Shown piece after piece: positions 19,781 through 30,179 of a DNA stretch of 64,000 nt. Source of the DNA: an uncultured Gammaproteobacteria bacterium (GTDB lineage Bacteria > Pseudomonadota > Gammaproteobacteria > GCA-001735895); NCBI GenBank assembly GCA_963768295.1, contig CAVYHN010000016.1, positions 15,803 to 79,802 of the forward strand. Direction: 5' to 3'. Within the stretch, counting starts at the first letter, position 1. The number at the start of each line of letters is the position of its first letter. A program made the position numbers and the translations under genes. Below the pieces are notes generated by a model. That model was not told where the DNA came from, did not search any database, and was given only the letters and a program-made list of their open reading frames with translations.

Positions 19781-20713
19781 ATGTCCGCAGCCAGGGTAAT
19801 CTTCCTGATGGGGGCCACTGCCACCGGTAAAACCGATCTTGCGCTCGCTATCGCGGACCGCTTCGACGTCGAGATTATCAGTGTCGATTCGGCGCTGGTT
19901 TATCGCGGCATGGACATCGGCACCGCGAAACCGCCTGCAGAGGCTCTGCACAAGGTGCCGCATCACCTGATCGATATCCTCGACCCGGCAGAGCCGTTTT
20001 CGGCCTGGGACTTTGTTCAGCAAAGCCAGCGCCTCGCGGCCGAGATTAGTGCGCGCGGCCGCATTCCGCTGCTGGCGGGCGGCACGATGTTGTATTACCA
20101 GGCCTTTGAACGCGGATTGAACCGCTTGCCCGAGGCTGATGAAAGCCTGCGCCGGCGGCTGGATCAGGAAGCGCGGCAGCTTGGCTGGCCGCGCATGCAC
20201 GAAAAACTGGCGGCGATCGATCCCGTCAGCGCCAGTCGTATCAAACCCACCGACGCGCAACGAATTCAACGTGCGCTCGAGGTTTTCGAGATATCCGGTG
20301 AACCACTGTCCAGGCTACAGCAGGATGAATCAACGGGGTACGATGGCCCGATCGAAAAAATTATCCTCGCGGTCAATGACCGCGCGGCGCTGCATCAGCG
20401 GATCGCGGCGCGCTTTCTACAGATGCTGGAGCAGGGACTGATCGACGAAGTATCGCGGCTCAGGCAGCGCGGCGATCTGAACCTGTCGATGCCGTCGATG
20501 CGCTGTGTCGGCTACCGCCAGGTCTGGCAATATCTCGATGCCGAGCTGTCGCACCAGCAAATGGTTGATAAGGCGCTAGCGGCGACTCGCCAACTGGCCA
20601 AGCGCCAGATCACCTGGTTGCGAAAACAACCGCCGGAACTGAGCTTTGATTGCCTGAATTACCGTAAAGATGCTATATTCGCCCGAATTGAGGCTGCAGT
20701 TTCGCGGTCTTGA
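19781..20713 (+). CDS. miaA: tRNA dimethylallyltransferase
   Basis: P-loop IFLMGATATGKTDLAL and DSALVYRGMDIGTAKP. The start overlaps the mutL stop; the listed ORF carries a non-homologous upstream extension. Confidence 0.9.
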   Translation: MSAARVIFLMGATATGKTDLALAIADRFDVEIISVDSALVYRGMDIGTAKPPAEALHKVPHHLIDILDPAEPFSAWDFVQQSQRLAAEISARGRIPLLAGGTMLYYQAFERGLNRLPEADESLRRRLDQEARQLGWPRMHEKLAAIDPVSASRIKPTDAQRIQRALEVFEISGEPLSRLQQDESTGYDGPIEKIILAVNDRAALHQRIAARFLQMLEQGLIDEVSRLRQRGDLNLSMPSMRCVGYRQVWQYLDAELSHQQMVDKALAATRQLAKRQITWLRKQPPELSFDCLNYRKDAIFARIEAAVSRS

Positions 20714-20812
20714 CCGGAACGATTTTAAGCGAAGGGAATCATAGACTCTGCCGCAGGGTAATATTCGCTTTGCAAGGCAGATTTACAATAATAACTTTAA
20801 GGAGTACCGATT

Positions 20813-21073
20813 ATGTCCAAAGGGCAAATGTTACAAGAACCCTACCTGAATGCTTTACGCAGAGAGCATGTACCGGTTTCAATCTTCCTGGTTAATGGAA
20901 TCAAGTTGCAGGGGCAGATCGAGTCATTCGATCAGTTTGTCGTGCTGCTTAAGAATAATGTCAGCCAAATGGTATACAAGCACGCAATATCCACGATTGT
21001 TCCAGCGCGCAACGTTCATATCGATCATCCTCATGCAGAAGAAAGCGAAACTGAGGGCGAGGGCAACCGTTAA
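20813..21073 (+). CDS. hfq: RNA chaperone Hfq
   Basis: [46 protein letters not shown], Sm1/Sm2 motifs, 86 aa. Confidence 0.95.
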   Translation: MSKGQMLQEPYLNALRREHVPVSIFLVNGIKLQGQIESFDQFVVLLKNNVSQMVYKHAISTIVPARNVHIDHPHAEESETEGEGNR

Positions 21074-21111
21074 GGATGCGCTACAGGATATGACCCGGAC
21101 CGGAGGTCCCG

Positions 21112-22425
21112 TTGTTTGAATTTGAGCGTCCGCGTGGTGGCGAGCGAGCGCTCCTGGTCCATATCAATTTCCCCCATCAGCCCGACCAGGATGATCTGAA
21201 CGAATTTGTCGAATTAGTACGCTCTGCCGATGTGGTCGATCTAGAGCTAATTGTCGGCAGTCGTCAGCAACCCTCGGCGAAGACTTTTATCGGCAAGGGG
21301 AAACTCGAAGAAATTGCAGCCCGGGTCAAGGCGCAAGAGATCGACGTGGTGCTGTTTAATCACCCCTTGTCGCCCTCGCAGGAAAGAAACCTGGAATCGG
21401 CGCTGCAGTGTCGCGTACTCGATCGTACCGGCCTGATCCTCGATATTTTTGCGCAGCGCGCGCAGTCATTCGAGGGTAAGCTGCAGGTCGAACTGGCCCA
21501 GCTCAAGCATCTGTCGAGCCGACTGGTCAGGGGCTGGACCCATCTCGAGCGGCAAAAAGGCGGCATCGGCCTGCGCGGGCCGGGTGAAACCCAGCTCGAG
21601 ACCGATCGGCGATTGCTGGGTAAACGGATCAAGTACCTGAACAACCGTCTGGACAAGGTAGCGCGCCAGCGCGAACAGAGTCGGCAGGCGCGTACCAAGG
21701 CGGATATCCCCACGGTATCGCTGGTGGGTTATACCAATGCCGGCAAATCGACCCTGTTCAATGCCTTGACCGACGCCTCGGTCTACGCCGCGGATCAACT
21801 GTTCGCAACCCTCGATCCAACCCTGCGTAAACTGCAGTTAAGCGAGCAGCAGGACATTATTCTGGCCGATACGGTAGGCTTCATCCGCCATCTGCCGCAT
21901 GACCTGGTGGCGGCCTTCCGCGCTACCTTGCTGGAAACCCGCGAGGCCGACCTGATTTTGCATATCGTCGATAGTTCGGATGACAGCCGTCAGGAGAAAA
22001 TCGAGGCGGTCGACCGGATTTTGCACGAAGTTGGTGCCGGGGAAGTGCCACAGTTACTTGTTTACAACAAAATCGACGTGCTTGGCATGTCTCCGCGAGT
22101 CGACCTGGACGAGCAGGAGCGGCCGTGGCGGATCTGGCTTTCGGCCCAGGAAGGCCGTGGCTTCGACGAATTGGTCGAGACTCTGCGCCAGCGGTTTTGC
22201 CAGCAAAGCGCGGGCTATCGCCTGCAATTATCAGCCAGCGAAGGCCAGATCAGGGCCTATTTGTTCGAAAGCGGCGCAATAGATTCCGAAAATTATGAAA
22301 ATAATGGCGATATACGCTTGAAACTGCGGCTAACGCCCGCACTATTGAAGCGTTTACAGCGTAAGTTCGGGATTTCTGCTGATCGGCTTGAAGTGCTCGC
22401 AGATACGCTTGCAGGAGCAGCCTGA
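21112..22425 (+). CDS. hflX: GTPase HflX
   Basis: HflX N-domain, then G-domain motifs GYTNAGKSTLFN and DTVGF; conserved position after hfq. Confidence 0.9.
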   Translation: MFEFERPRGGERALLVHINFPHQPDQDDLNEFVELVRSADVVDLELIVGSRQQPSAKTFIGKGKLEEIAARVKAQEIDVVLFNHPLSPSQERNLESALQCRVLDRTGLILDIFAQRAQSFEGKLQVELAQLKHLSSRLVRGWTHLERQKGGIGLRGPGETQLETDRRLLGKRIKYLNNRLDKVARQREQSRQARTKADIPTVSLVGYTNAGKSTLFNALTDASVYAADQLFATLDPTLRKLQLSEQQDIILADTVGFIRHLPHDLVAAFRATLLETREADLILHIVDSSDDSRQEKIEAVDRILHEVGAGEVPQLLVYNKIDVLGMSPRVDLDEQERPWRIWLSAQEGRGFDELVETLRQRFCQQSAGYRLQLSASEGQIRAYLFESGAIDSENYENNGDIRLKLRLTPALLKRLQRKFGISADRLEVLADTLAGAA

Positions 22426-22498
22426 AGCGCATTACAATCCGCAATCTTTGTGCGTCCGCTATCTACACTAAATACACTTTTCGCTTTCGGAGTAAATT

Positions 22499-23647
22499 AT
22501 GCCCTGGAATGAACCAGGTAAAGACAAGGATCCATGGGGACAACGTAATAACGATGGCCCACCGGATCTGGACGAGTTATTCAACAACCTGAAAAACAAG
22601 TTCGGCGGCCTGCTCGGCGGCGGCGGTAAGGGGAGAATTCCCAAGGTGCCCGGTGGCTCGAGCAACCTGTCCGGATTTATCGGGTTCATCGCGATTGCCG
22701 TGCTGGTGGTCTGGGCGCTGACGGGTATCTATATCGTCGACGAAGGCTGGAACGGGGTCGAAACCCGTTTCGGTGAGAGAAGCGGCGTTACCCAGGCCGG
22801 GCCGCACTGGCATCTGCCTTACCCGATCGAAGATGTCGAATTGATCGACGTCGCCAATATCCGCACCGCGCGCAAGAATTCCAAGATGCTGACCAGCGAC
22901 GAAAACATCGTCGTCATGAGTATCGAAATTCAGTACAACGTCAAGGATGCGCAGGATTTCGCCTTCGAAGTATTCGACCCGGATCTGACGCTGCAGCAGA
23001 CCGCGGAAACCGCGATCCGCGAAGTGGTCGGCAATAACGACATGGACCTGATTATCACCGCCGGTCGTGCGGTCGTCGGTAGCGCTACCAAGGAAATCAT
23101 GCAGGAGATTCTGGACAATTATAGAACCGGGATCAACGTGGTCCAGGTCAACATGGACGAGGCGCAACCGCCGGAAGAAGTACAGGAAGCTTTCGAAGAC
23201 GCCATCAAGGCGCGCGAGGACGAGCAGCGCATCATTAACGAGGCCAATGCCTACCGCAACGATGTGGTGCCCAAGGCCCGAGGTGAGGGCCAGGGGCTGC
23301 TGGAACAGGCGGAAGCCTACAAGACGCGCGTGGTTAAATCCGCGCAGGGTGAAACCAGCCGTTTCAACCAGTTGCTCGCGGAATACCAGCGCGCGCCCGA
23401 GGTTACCCGGGAGCGCCTGTACATAGACACCATCGAGTCGGTTATGGCGCGTTCGCCCAAGGTTATGCTGGATGTCGAAAGTGGCAACAACCTGCTGTTC
23501 CTGCCCCTCGATCAGCTTATGGGTCGTGCGGCATCGAGTTCCGGCCCCTTGAAGGGCCTCAGTGAAGGCAGTAGTGGTGCGCAGACGCTGATGGATGAGT
23601 TCCAGCGTAATGCGAGCCGCAACCGTGAACGGGAGACACGCCAATGA
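22499..23647 (+). CDS. hflK: FtsH protease modulator HflK
   Basis: Gly-rich N-terminus, TM helix, SPFH/band-7 domain; overlaps hflC by 4 nt. Confidence 0.9.
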   Translation: MPWNEPGKDKDPWGQRNNDGPPDLDELFNNLKNKFGGLLGGGGKGRIPKVPGGSSNLSGFIGFIAIAVLVVWALTGIYIVDEGWNGVETRFGERSGVTQAGPHWHLPYPIEDVELIDVANIRTARKNSKMLTSDENIVVMSIEIQYNVKDAQDFAFEVFDPDLTLQQTAETAIREVVGNNDMDLIITAGRAVVGSATKEIMQEILDNYRTGINVVQVNMDEAQPPEEVQEAFEDAIKAREDEQRIINEANAYRNDVVPKARGEGQGLLEQAEAYKTRVVKSAQGETSRFNQLLAEYQRAPEVTRERLYIDTIESVMARSPKVMLDVESGNNLLFLPLDQLMGRAASSSGPLKGLSEGSSGAQTLMDEFQRNASRNRERETRQ

Positions 23648-24516
23648 CCGCTAATATTCGATTCGGGTTTATCCTGCTAGCCGTGGTCGCGGTAATAATT
23701 TACATGTCGACCTTCATCGTGCATGAGCGCGAACTTGCGATCAAGTTCAAGCTGGGTGAAATCGTCGAGGCAGACTACCAGCCGGGCCTCTATTTTCAGA
23801 TCCCGATCATCAACAATGTTATCAAGTTCGATAGCCGTATTTTGACCATGGATACACCGTCAGAGCGCTTTTTGACGGTGGAAAAGAAAAACGTCATCGT
23901 CAACTCCTTCGTCAAATGGCGTATTACCGACCCGAAGACCTTTTATACTTCGACCGGCGGTGATCAGCGCCGCGCAATCGCGCGCATGTCGTCAATCATC
24001 AACGATGAACTGAAAGGCAAGATCGCGTCGCAGACCATGCGTGAAGTCATTTCCGGTGAACGTGCGATCATCATGCAGGAAGTGACCGACAAGGCGGCGG
24101 TCAAGATCGAGGATCTCGGCATCCAGCTGATCGACGTGCGCGTCAAGAAAGTCGAACTGCCGGACAATGTCAGTAGCAACGTCTACCGGCGGATGGCGAC
24201 CGAACGCCAGACCGTGGCCAAGCAGTTCCGCTCCCGCGGTGAAGAGCAGGCCAAGCAGATTCGCGCCAATGCCAACCGTCAGCGTGAGGAAATTCTGGCC
24301 GAGGCTTACCGTAAATCAGAAGAGATCAGGGGTTTAGGGGATGCGACCGCGGCCAAGACCTATGCCGACTCGTACAACCAGGACAAGGAGTTCTATTCCT
24401 TCTACCGTAGTCTGAAAGCTTATGACTCAAGCTTTGGCAATAATCAGGATATCATCCTGCTGAGCCCGGATTCCGACTTCTTCAAGTATTTCAAAGATTC
24501 TACATTACCGAAGTAG
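23644..24516 (+). CDS. hflC: FtsH protease modulator HflC
   Basis: N-terminal TM helix plus SPFH domain, immediately after hflK. Confidence 0.9.
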   Translation: MTANIRFGFILLAVVAVIIYMSTFIVHERELAIKFKLGEIVEADYQPGLYFQIPIINNVIKFDSRILTMDTPSERFLTVEKKNVIVNSFVKWRITDPKTFYTSTGGDQRRAIARMSSIINDELKGKIASQTMREVISGERAIIMQEVTDKAAVKIEDLGIQLIDVRVKKVELPDNVSSNVYRRMATERQTVAKQFRSRGEEQAKQIRANANRQREEILAEAYRKSEEIRGLGDATAAKTYADSYNQDKEFYSFYRSLKAYDSSFGNNQDIILLSPDSDFFKYFKDSTLPK

Positions 24517-24541
24517 ACGGGACGTTGCTATAAAGCTAAGA

Positions 24542-24572
24542 ACGGGCGACCAGAGGGGCGCCCGTTTTTTTG
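24542..24572 (+). terminator. rho-independent terminator after hflC
   Basis: ACGGGCG...CGCCCGT hairpin followed by TTTTTTTGGGGGG. Confidence 0.5.
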
Positions 24573-24580
24573 GGGGGAAA

Positions 24581-24772
24581 ATGAACTGGGCAGATTTTTG
24601 GGCGGCAATGGCGCTGGTGCTGGTGCTCGAGGGCTTGATTCCCTTCATTAGCCCACAGGGCTATAAGAACATGGTCCAGCAAATGGCAACCATGTCCGAA
24701 CAAATGCTAAGAAATGTTGGTTTGGTGCTTATAATCATGGGTCTGCTATTCCTCTATCTGGTGCGTGGTTGA
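24581..24772 (+). CDS. DUF2065 small membrane protein (YjeT-like)
   Basis: 63-aa two-TM protein (ALVLVLEGLIPFISPQ), in the conserved position between hflC and hisZ/purA. Confidence 0.6.
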   Translation: MNWADFWAAMALVLVLEGLIPFISPQGYKNMVQQMATMSEQMLRNVGLVLIIMGLLFLYLVRG

Positions 24773-25974
24773 AGGTGGCCGAAAAGTCGAACAAACGCTG
24801 GTTACTGCCCGACGGGGTGCAGGAAACCCTGCCGCCTGACGCCAGCGCGGTCGAATCACTGCGTCACGATATTCTGCAAATTTTCCATAACTGGGGCTAC
24901 GACCTGGTTATGCCGGCCATGATCGAATACATGGATTCGTTACTGACCGGAACGGCGCATTCGCTGGATACGCGGACCTTCGCCCTGGTCGATCAGCTGT
25001 CAGGCAAGCAAATGGGCGTGCGCTCCGACATGACGCCCCAGGTGGCGCGGATCGACGCGCACCTGTTGGCGGATAATGCCCGGCAACACCGCGTGTCGAG
25101 GCTTTGCTACTGCGGACATTTGCTGCACGCGATCGGCGATGGCATCAATTCTAGCCGCACACCGCTACAGATTGGCGCCGAAATTTTCGGCAGCGATGCC
25201 GTCAGTGCCGATGTCGAAGTGGTTAGTTTGATGGTGGCAACCCTGCATGCGGTCGGTTTGCAGGAGATGTCGCTTGATATAGGTCATGTCGGGATATTTC
25301 GCAGCCTGGTAAAAAATACGGGGCTCGATGACGAACAGGAAAATCGCCTGTTCGACATGCTGCAGCGCAAGTCGATTCCGGATTTACAGGTCTACCTGCA
25401 GAGATTGCCGCTGGATGACCGCCAGCGCGACCAGTTTTATCAACTGGCATTGCTCAATGGTGACGCCTCGGTGATCGACGAGGCACGCCGGCTGTATCAC
25501 GACGCGCGCGATGAATTGTTTGTCACGCTGGACACGATGACTAAAGTGGTGGAGTCGCTGCAGTTGAAATACCCGGCTACGTCAATTCATTGCGATTTGT
25601 CGGAACTGCGCGGTTATAGTTATCACACCGGGCTGGTGTTTGCCGCATTTTTACCCGGCCAGGGCCGGGAGATTGCCCGCGGCGGGCGCTACGACGATGT
25701 CGGCAAGGTATTCGGCAATGCCCGACCCGCGACCGGATTCAGTGCCGACTTACTGAATCTTTATCAGCTCTGTAGCGTTCGGGGGCAGTTAGCCAGCGGC
25801 ATACTGGTGCCGGACAGCGATGATCCTGGACTGGCGCAGTTGATTCAGCGGTTGCGAGCGCAGGGCGAACGCGTCGTGGTCGATTTGTCGCAGGGCAAGA
25901 GCAGCGCTGCCGACCAGCAGTGCGAGCGACAGGCGGTGCCGGACGACGGCGCCTGGACAGTAATAGAGGTTTAA
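24769..25974 (+). CDS. hisZ: ATP phosphoribosyltransferase regulatory subunit HisZ
   Basis: Class-II aaRS-like HisRS paralogue (LPDGVQETLP...RYDDVG), ~400 aa, directly upstream of purA as in Pseudomonas. Confidence 0.8.
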   Translation: MKVAEKSNKRWLLPDGVQETLPPDASAVESLRHDILQIFHNWGYDLVMPAMIEYMDSLLTGTAHSLDTRTFALVDQLSGKQMGVRSDMTPQVARIDAHLLADNARQHRVSRLCYCGHLLHAIGDGINSSRTPLQIGAEIFGSDAVSADVEVVSLMVATLHAVGLQEMSLDIGHVGIFRSLVKNTGLDDEQENRLFDMLQRKSIPDLQVYLQRLPLDDRQRDQFYQLALLNGDASVIDEARRLYHDARDELFVTLDTMTKVVESLQLKYPATSIHCDLSELRGYSYHTGLVFAAFLPGQGREIARGGRYDDVGKVFGNARPATGFSADLLNLYQLCSVRGQLASGILVPDSDDPGLAQLIQRLRAQGERVVVDLSQGKSSAADQQCERQAVPDDGAWTVIEV

Positions 25975-27276
<1,302 letters not shown>

Positions 27277-27316
27277 GTCTTCGCTTTTACCCTGATTTTG
27301 TGCTAAATCAGTAAGC

Positions 27317-29617
27317 TTGAGGAGTCAACGGATTACAGAACGAATGATTGACAGTATCAAACTGTTATTTTCGATAGTCTTCGTGCTTTTTAGCGTCGAG
27401 CTTCACGCGAGTCAGCAGCTCTGGCAGTCAACGCAGATGCAGACTCGTGGTAACGAAGCGGGGGAGGGCTATTTCACCGCCGATAACACGCTACTGCGAG
27501 CCCGACTTGGGCAGGCACCGGATGAAATTCTTGCCGATCGCTCTTACCTTATCGAGTTACCCATGCCAGATGGCAGCCTGGAAAGCTTTGCCATCGTTGA
27601 ATCGCCTATCATGCACGCCGACCTGGCGCAGCGCTATCCCGAGATCAAAACCTATAGGCTATACGGCATCGACGGTTCGATTGCTTCCGGTCGAGCCGAT
27701 ATGACCCAAAAAGGTTTCCACGCCATGCTGCAATCCTCACACGGCCTGGTCTTCATCGATCCCGATGAAACATCAAACACGAATCGATATCGTTCGAGAC
27801 GGCGCAATGACCAACCAGCACAGGGATTTTCCTGTGGCGTGCACCGAATAGGATCGAACCTGTTCGATCAACCCGAAACATTGGCTCGGCCCAGGAATCG
27901 GCTAGTAGGAAGTTTTCTGACGTACCGGCTCGCGGTTGCGGCTACCCAGGAATATGTTGCTGCCGTGGGGGGGACCATAGCGGCTGCGCAGGCTGAGATT
28001 GTCACCGCGATCAACCGGGTGAACGTATTCTATGAGCGGGATCTAGGGATTCGGTTGTTGTTAGTAGGCAAAAACGATTCTCTGTTAGAGCGCGCCGACG
28101 ATACCTGCCTTACTAACAACAACGCCGTGGCCATGCTTGGTGAAAACCAGCTCTGGATCGATGGCATCATAGGTAGTTCGAGCTATGACGTCGGTCATGT
28201 ATTCGCTACCAGTTCCGGTGGGGTAGCCGTTATCGAATCGGTTTGCGATGCTAATTTCAAGGCGGGCGGTGTGACCGGCTTGTCTAACCCGACGGGTGAC
28301 AGATTTTATATCGATTACGTTGCGCACGAAATTGGTCATCAGTTCGGAGCGGAGCACGTGTTTAACGGCACCACGAATAGTTGCGATGAAAACCGCGTCG
28401 CCGCTAGCGCAGTCGAACCGGGCAGTGGCAGCACAATTATGGGGTACGCAAGCCCGACCCTCGGCCCAGGCCCATTATGCGGCGGCGAAAACTTGCAGGA
28501 CGCCGCCGATGCGACATTCCATGCCGGGTCTATCTCCCAGATAGACGCCTTTACCGGAGCCATTGGAAATTGTTATATCCCGGTTGCAAATGGCAACAGC
28601 GATCCGACGCTCAGCACCATAAGCAACCGGGTAATCCCAAAAGATACGCCCTTCAGACTCGACAATCCCACGGCCATGGATGCGGACCCCGGTGACAGTT
28701 TAAGCTATCAATGGGACCAGATCGACGCTGGTGGCACCGCGACCACGGCCGCGACCTTCGGGCAGGATCTGGGCGACAATCCCCTGTTCAGAAGTTACCC
28801 GCCCCAGCCTGTTTCTTACCGGGATTTCCCGGCGCTCGGGACCCAGCTGCAGGGAATGTACGACGAGGCCGAAGTCATGGCCTGCAGTTCCAGGAACCTG
28901 AATTTTCGCCTGACCGTGCGCGATAATGCCAGCGGTCAGACTACCGATGATGTCCAGATAACCGTTAACCGGAATGCCGGGCCATTCGCAATTACCTCGC
29001 TAAACACCGTGCAAACCCTGGATCTGGTGGCGGACGCGCCGTTTACCCTCGACTGGGATGTCGCGAATACAGGCGCCGGTTCGCCAGTCAACTGCGTCAA
29101 CGTGGATATCGAATTGTTGACATTCGATGACGCCGGCTACACCAATTATTCGGTACACCCGATCCTCGCCGGCACCCCAAACGACGGCACCGAGGATATA
29201 AACATCACGCCGACGACCGATTCTCACCCGCGCGCCCGGATTCGCGTCAAGTGCAGCGATAACGTGTTTTACGATATTTCCGATGCGGATCTGAATCTGG
29301 TCGGCTCCAACCCGCCGGCGATGTTCGGCGATACCGACAATGTGACCTTTTTCAACAGTGGATCAACCCTGGTGGGCTTGCCGCCGGTCTGTGGAGTGCC
29401 GAGGTCGGCATCTGCCGATCGCGCGCCTGCCAGTAATGCGGAACTGGTAAACGTATTTTATTCCGAAGACAACGCTTCTCGAACCGCCGCGCGGGAATGT
29501 ATCCCTGGCTCGGTTTCAAGATCGTCCAACGGTGATGCGTCTTCTTTCGGCTATAGCTGGTTGCTGATGCTGGGAGGTCTTGCCGCGTTCAGGCGGGTCT
29601 GGCGCCGTCAGGGCTGA
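27317..29617 (+). CDS. secreted zinc metalloprotease, metzincin (reprolysin/M12B-like), with a C-terminal TM + Arg-rich sorting-signal-like tail
   Basis: Signal peptide LLFSIVFVLFSVELHA; extended zinc motif HEIGHQFGAEH (HExxHxxGxxH); ~350 aa of C-terminal β-rich domains; final 25 aa SSFGYSWLLMLGGLAAFRRVWRRQG (hydrophobic helix + RRxxRR). Start is uncertain between 27317 and 27344. Confidence 0.75.
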   Translation: MRSQRITERMIDSIKLLFSIVFVLFSVELHASQQLWQSTQMQTRGNEAGEGYFTADNTLLRARLGQAPDEILADRSYLIELPMPDGSLESFAIVESPIMHADLAQRYPEIKTYRLYGIDGSIASGRADMTQKGFHAMLQSSHGLVFIDPDETSNTNRYRSRRRNDQPAQGFSCGVHRIGSNLFDQPETLARPRNRLVGSFLTYRLAVAATQEYVAAVGGTIAAAQAEIVTAINRVNVFYERDLGIRLLLVGKNDSLLERADDTCLTNNNAVAMLGENQLWIDGIIGSSSYDVGHVFATSSGGVAVIESVCDANFKAGGVTGLSNPTGDRFYIDYVAHEIGHQFGAEHVFNGTTNSCDENRVAASAVEPGSGSTIMGYASPTLGPGPLCGGENLQDAADATFHAGSISQIDAFTGAIGNCYIPVANGNSDPTLSTISNRVIPKDTPFRLDNPTAMDADPGDSLSYQWDQIDAGGTATTAATFGQDLGDNPLFRSYPPQPVSYRDFPALGTQLQGMYDEAEVMACSSRNLNFRLTVRDNASGQTTDDVQITVNRNAGPFAITSLNTVQTLDLVADAPFTLDWDVANTGAGSPVNCVNVDIELLTFDDAGYTNYSVHPILAGTPNDGTEDINITPTTDSHPRARIRVKCSDNVFYDISDADLNLVGSNPPAMFGDTDNVTFFNSGSTLVGLPPVCGVPRSASADRAPASNAELVNVFYSEDNASRTAARECIPGSVSRSSNGDASSFGYSWLLMLGGLAAFRRVWRRQG

Positions 29618-29982
29618 CAGTGTGTCTTAATGATGGCGTTGTATTTTAGCGCGTAACTGCGCGCCTTTTGCATCAATCGCAGATGTTCGTCGCTGCGCAC
29701 CACGTCGGAAATACCCTCGATCAACTGCACCCCGCAGCTCTCTTCGTACTGCAGGCTGTCTTCCTTGCTGATGCCTGGAATATTGACCGAGCGCGTGGCC
29801 AGGCCGAGCAGGCGAAAGTCGTTCATTTTAACCGCCTGGTTGGCGTCCGCCTGGGGATCGGCTGCATCCAGCCACTGCAATTTCTGTACGTAGGGTTCGA
29901 TCTGGCTGGAAGAAGATGCGCAATTTGCCAGCAGCAGGCAGCTCACTGCAATCACAACCGGGTAAATCCTGAATAATCGCAT
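29608..29982 (-). CDS. small lipoprotein of unknown function
   Basis: Starts at MRLFRIYPVVIAVSCLLLANC (lipobox LLANC), 124 aa. The upstream part of the listed ORF overlaps the tRNA-Leu gene and is not coding. Confidence 0.5.
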   Translation of the reverse strand: MRLFRIYPVVIAVSCLLLANCASSSSQIEPYVQKLQWLDAADPQADANQAVKMNDFRLLGLATRSVNIPGISKEDSLQYEESCGVQLIEGISDVVRSDEHLRLMQKARSYALKYNAIIKTHCQP

Positions 29983-30015
29983 TAAGGCAAATCCATCCCG
30001 ATAATGTCTTGTTGT

Positions 30016-30102
30016 TGGTGCCCAGGAGAGGACTTGAACCTCCACGACCTTTCGATCACTAGCACCTGAAGCTAGCGCGTCTACCAATTCCGCCACCTGG
30101 GC
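30016..30102 (-). tRNA. tRNA-Leu (anticodon CAG)
   Basis: Reverse complement is GCCCAGGTGGCGGAATTGGTAGACGCGCTAGCTTCAGGTGCTAG...GGAGGTTCAAGTCCTCTCCTGGGCACCA. It folds as a cloverleaf with the long variable arm typical of Leu, anticodon loop TTCAGGT, and an encoded CCA. Confidence 0.9.
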
Positions 30103-30179
30103 ATGGCGCGGGAATATACACCACACCTAGTTGCTCGGCAAATGTTTCTATATACTCGCGGTCTTAAAGTGGATGACCT

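Noticed and set aside
22577-23644. 355-aa ORF antisense to hflK
   Set aside because: hflK/hflC identity and synteny are clear; the antisense ORF is an artefact of high GC.
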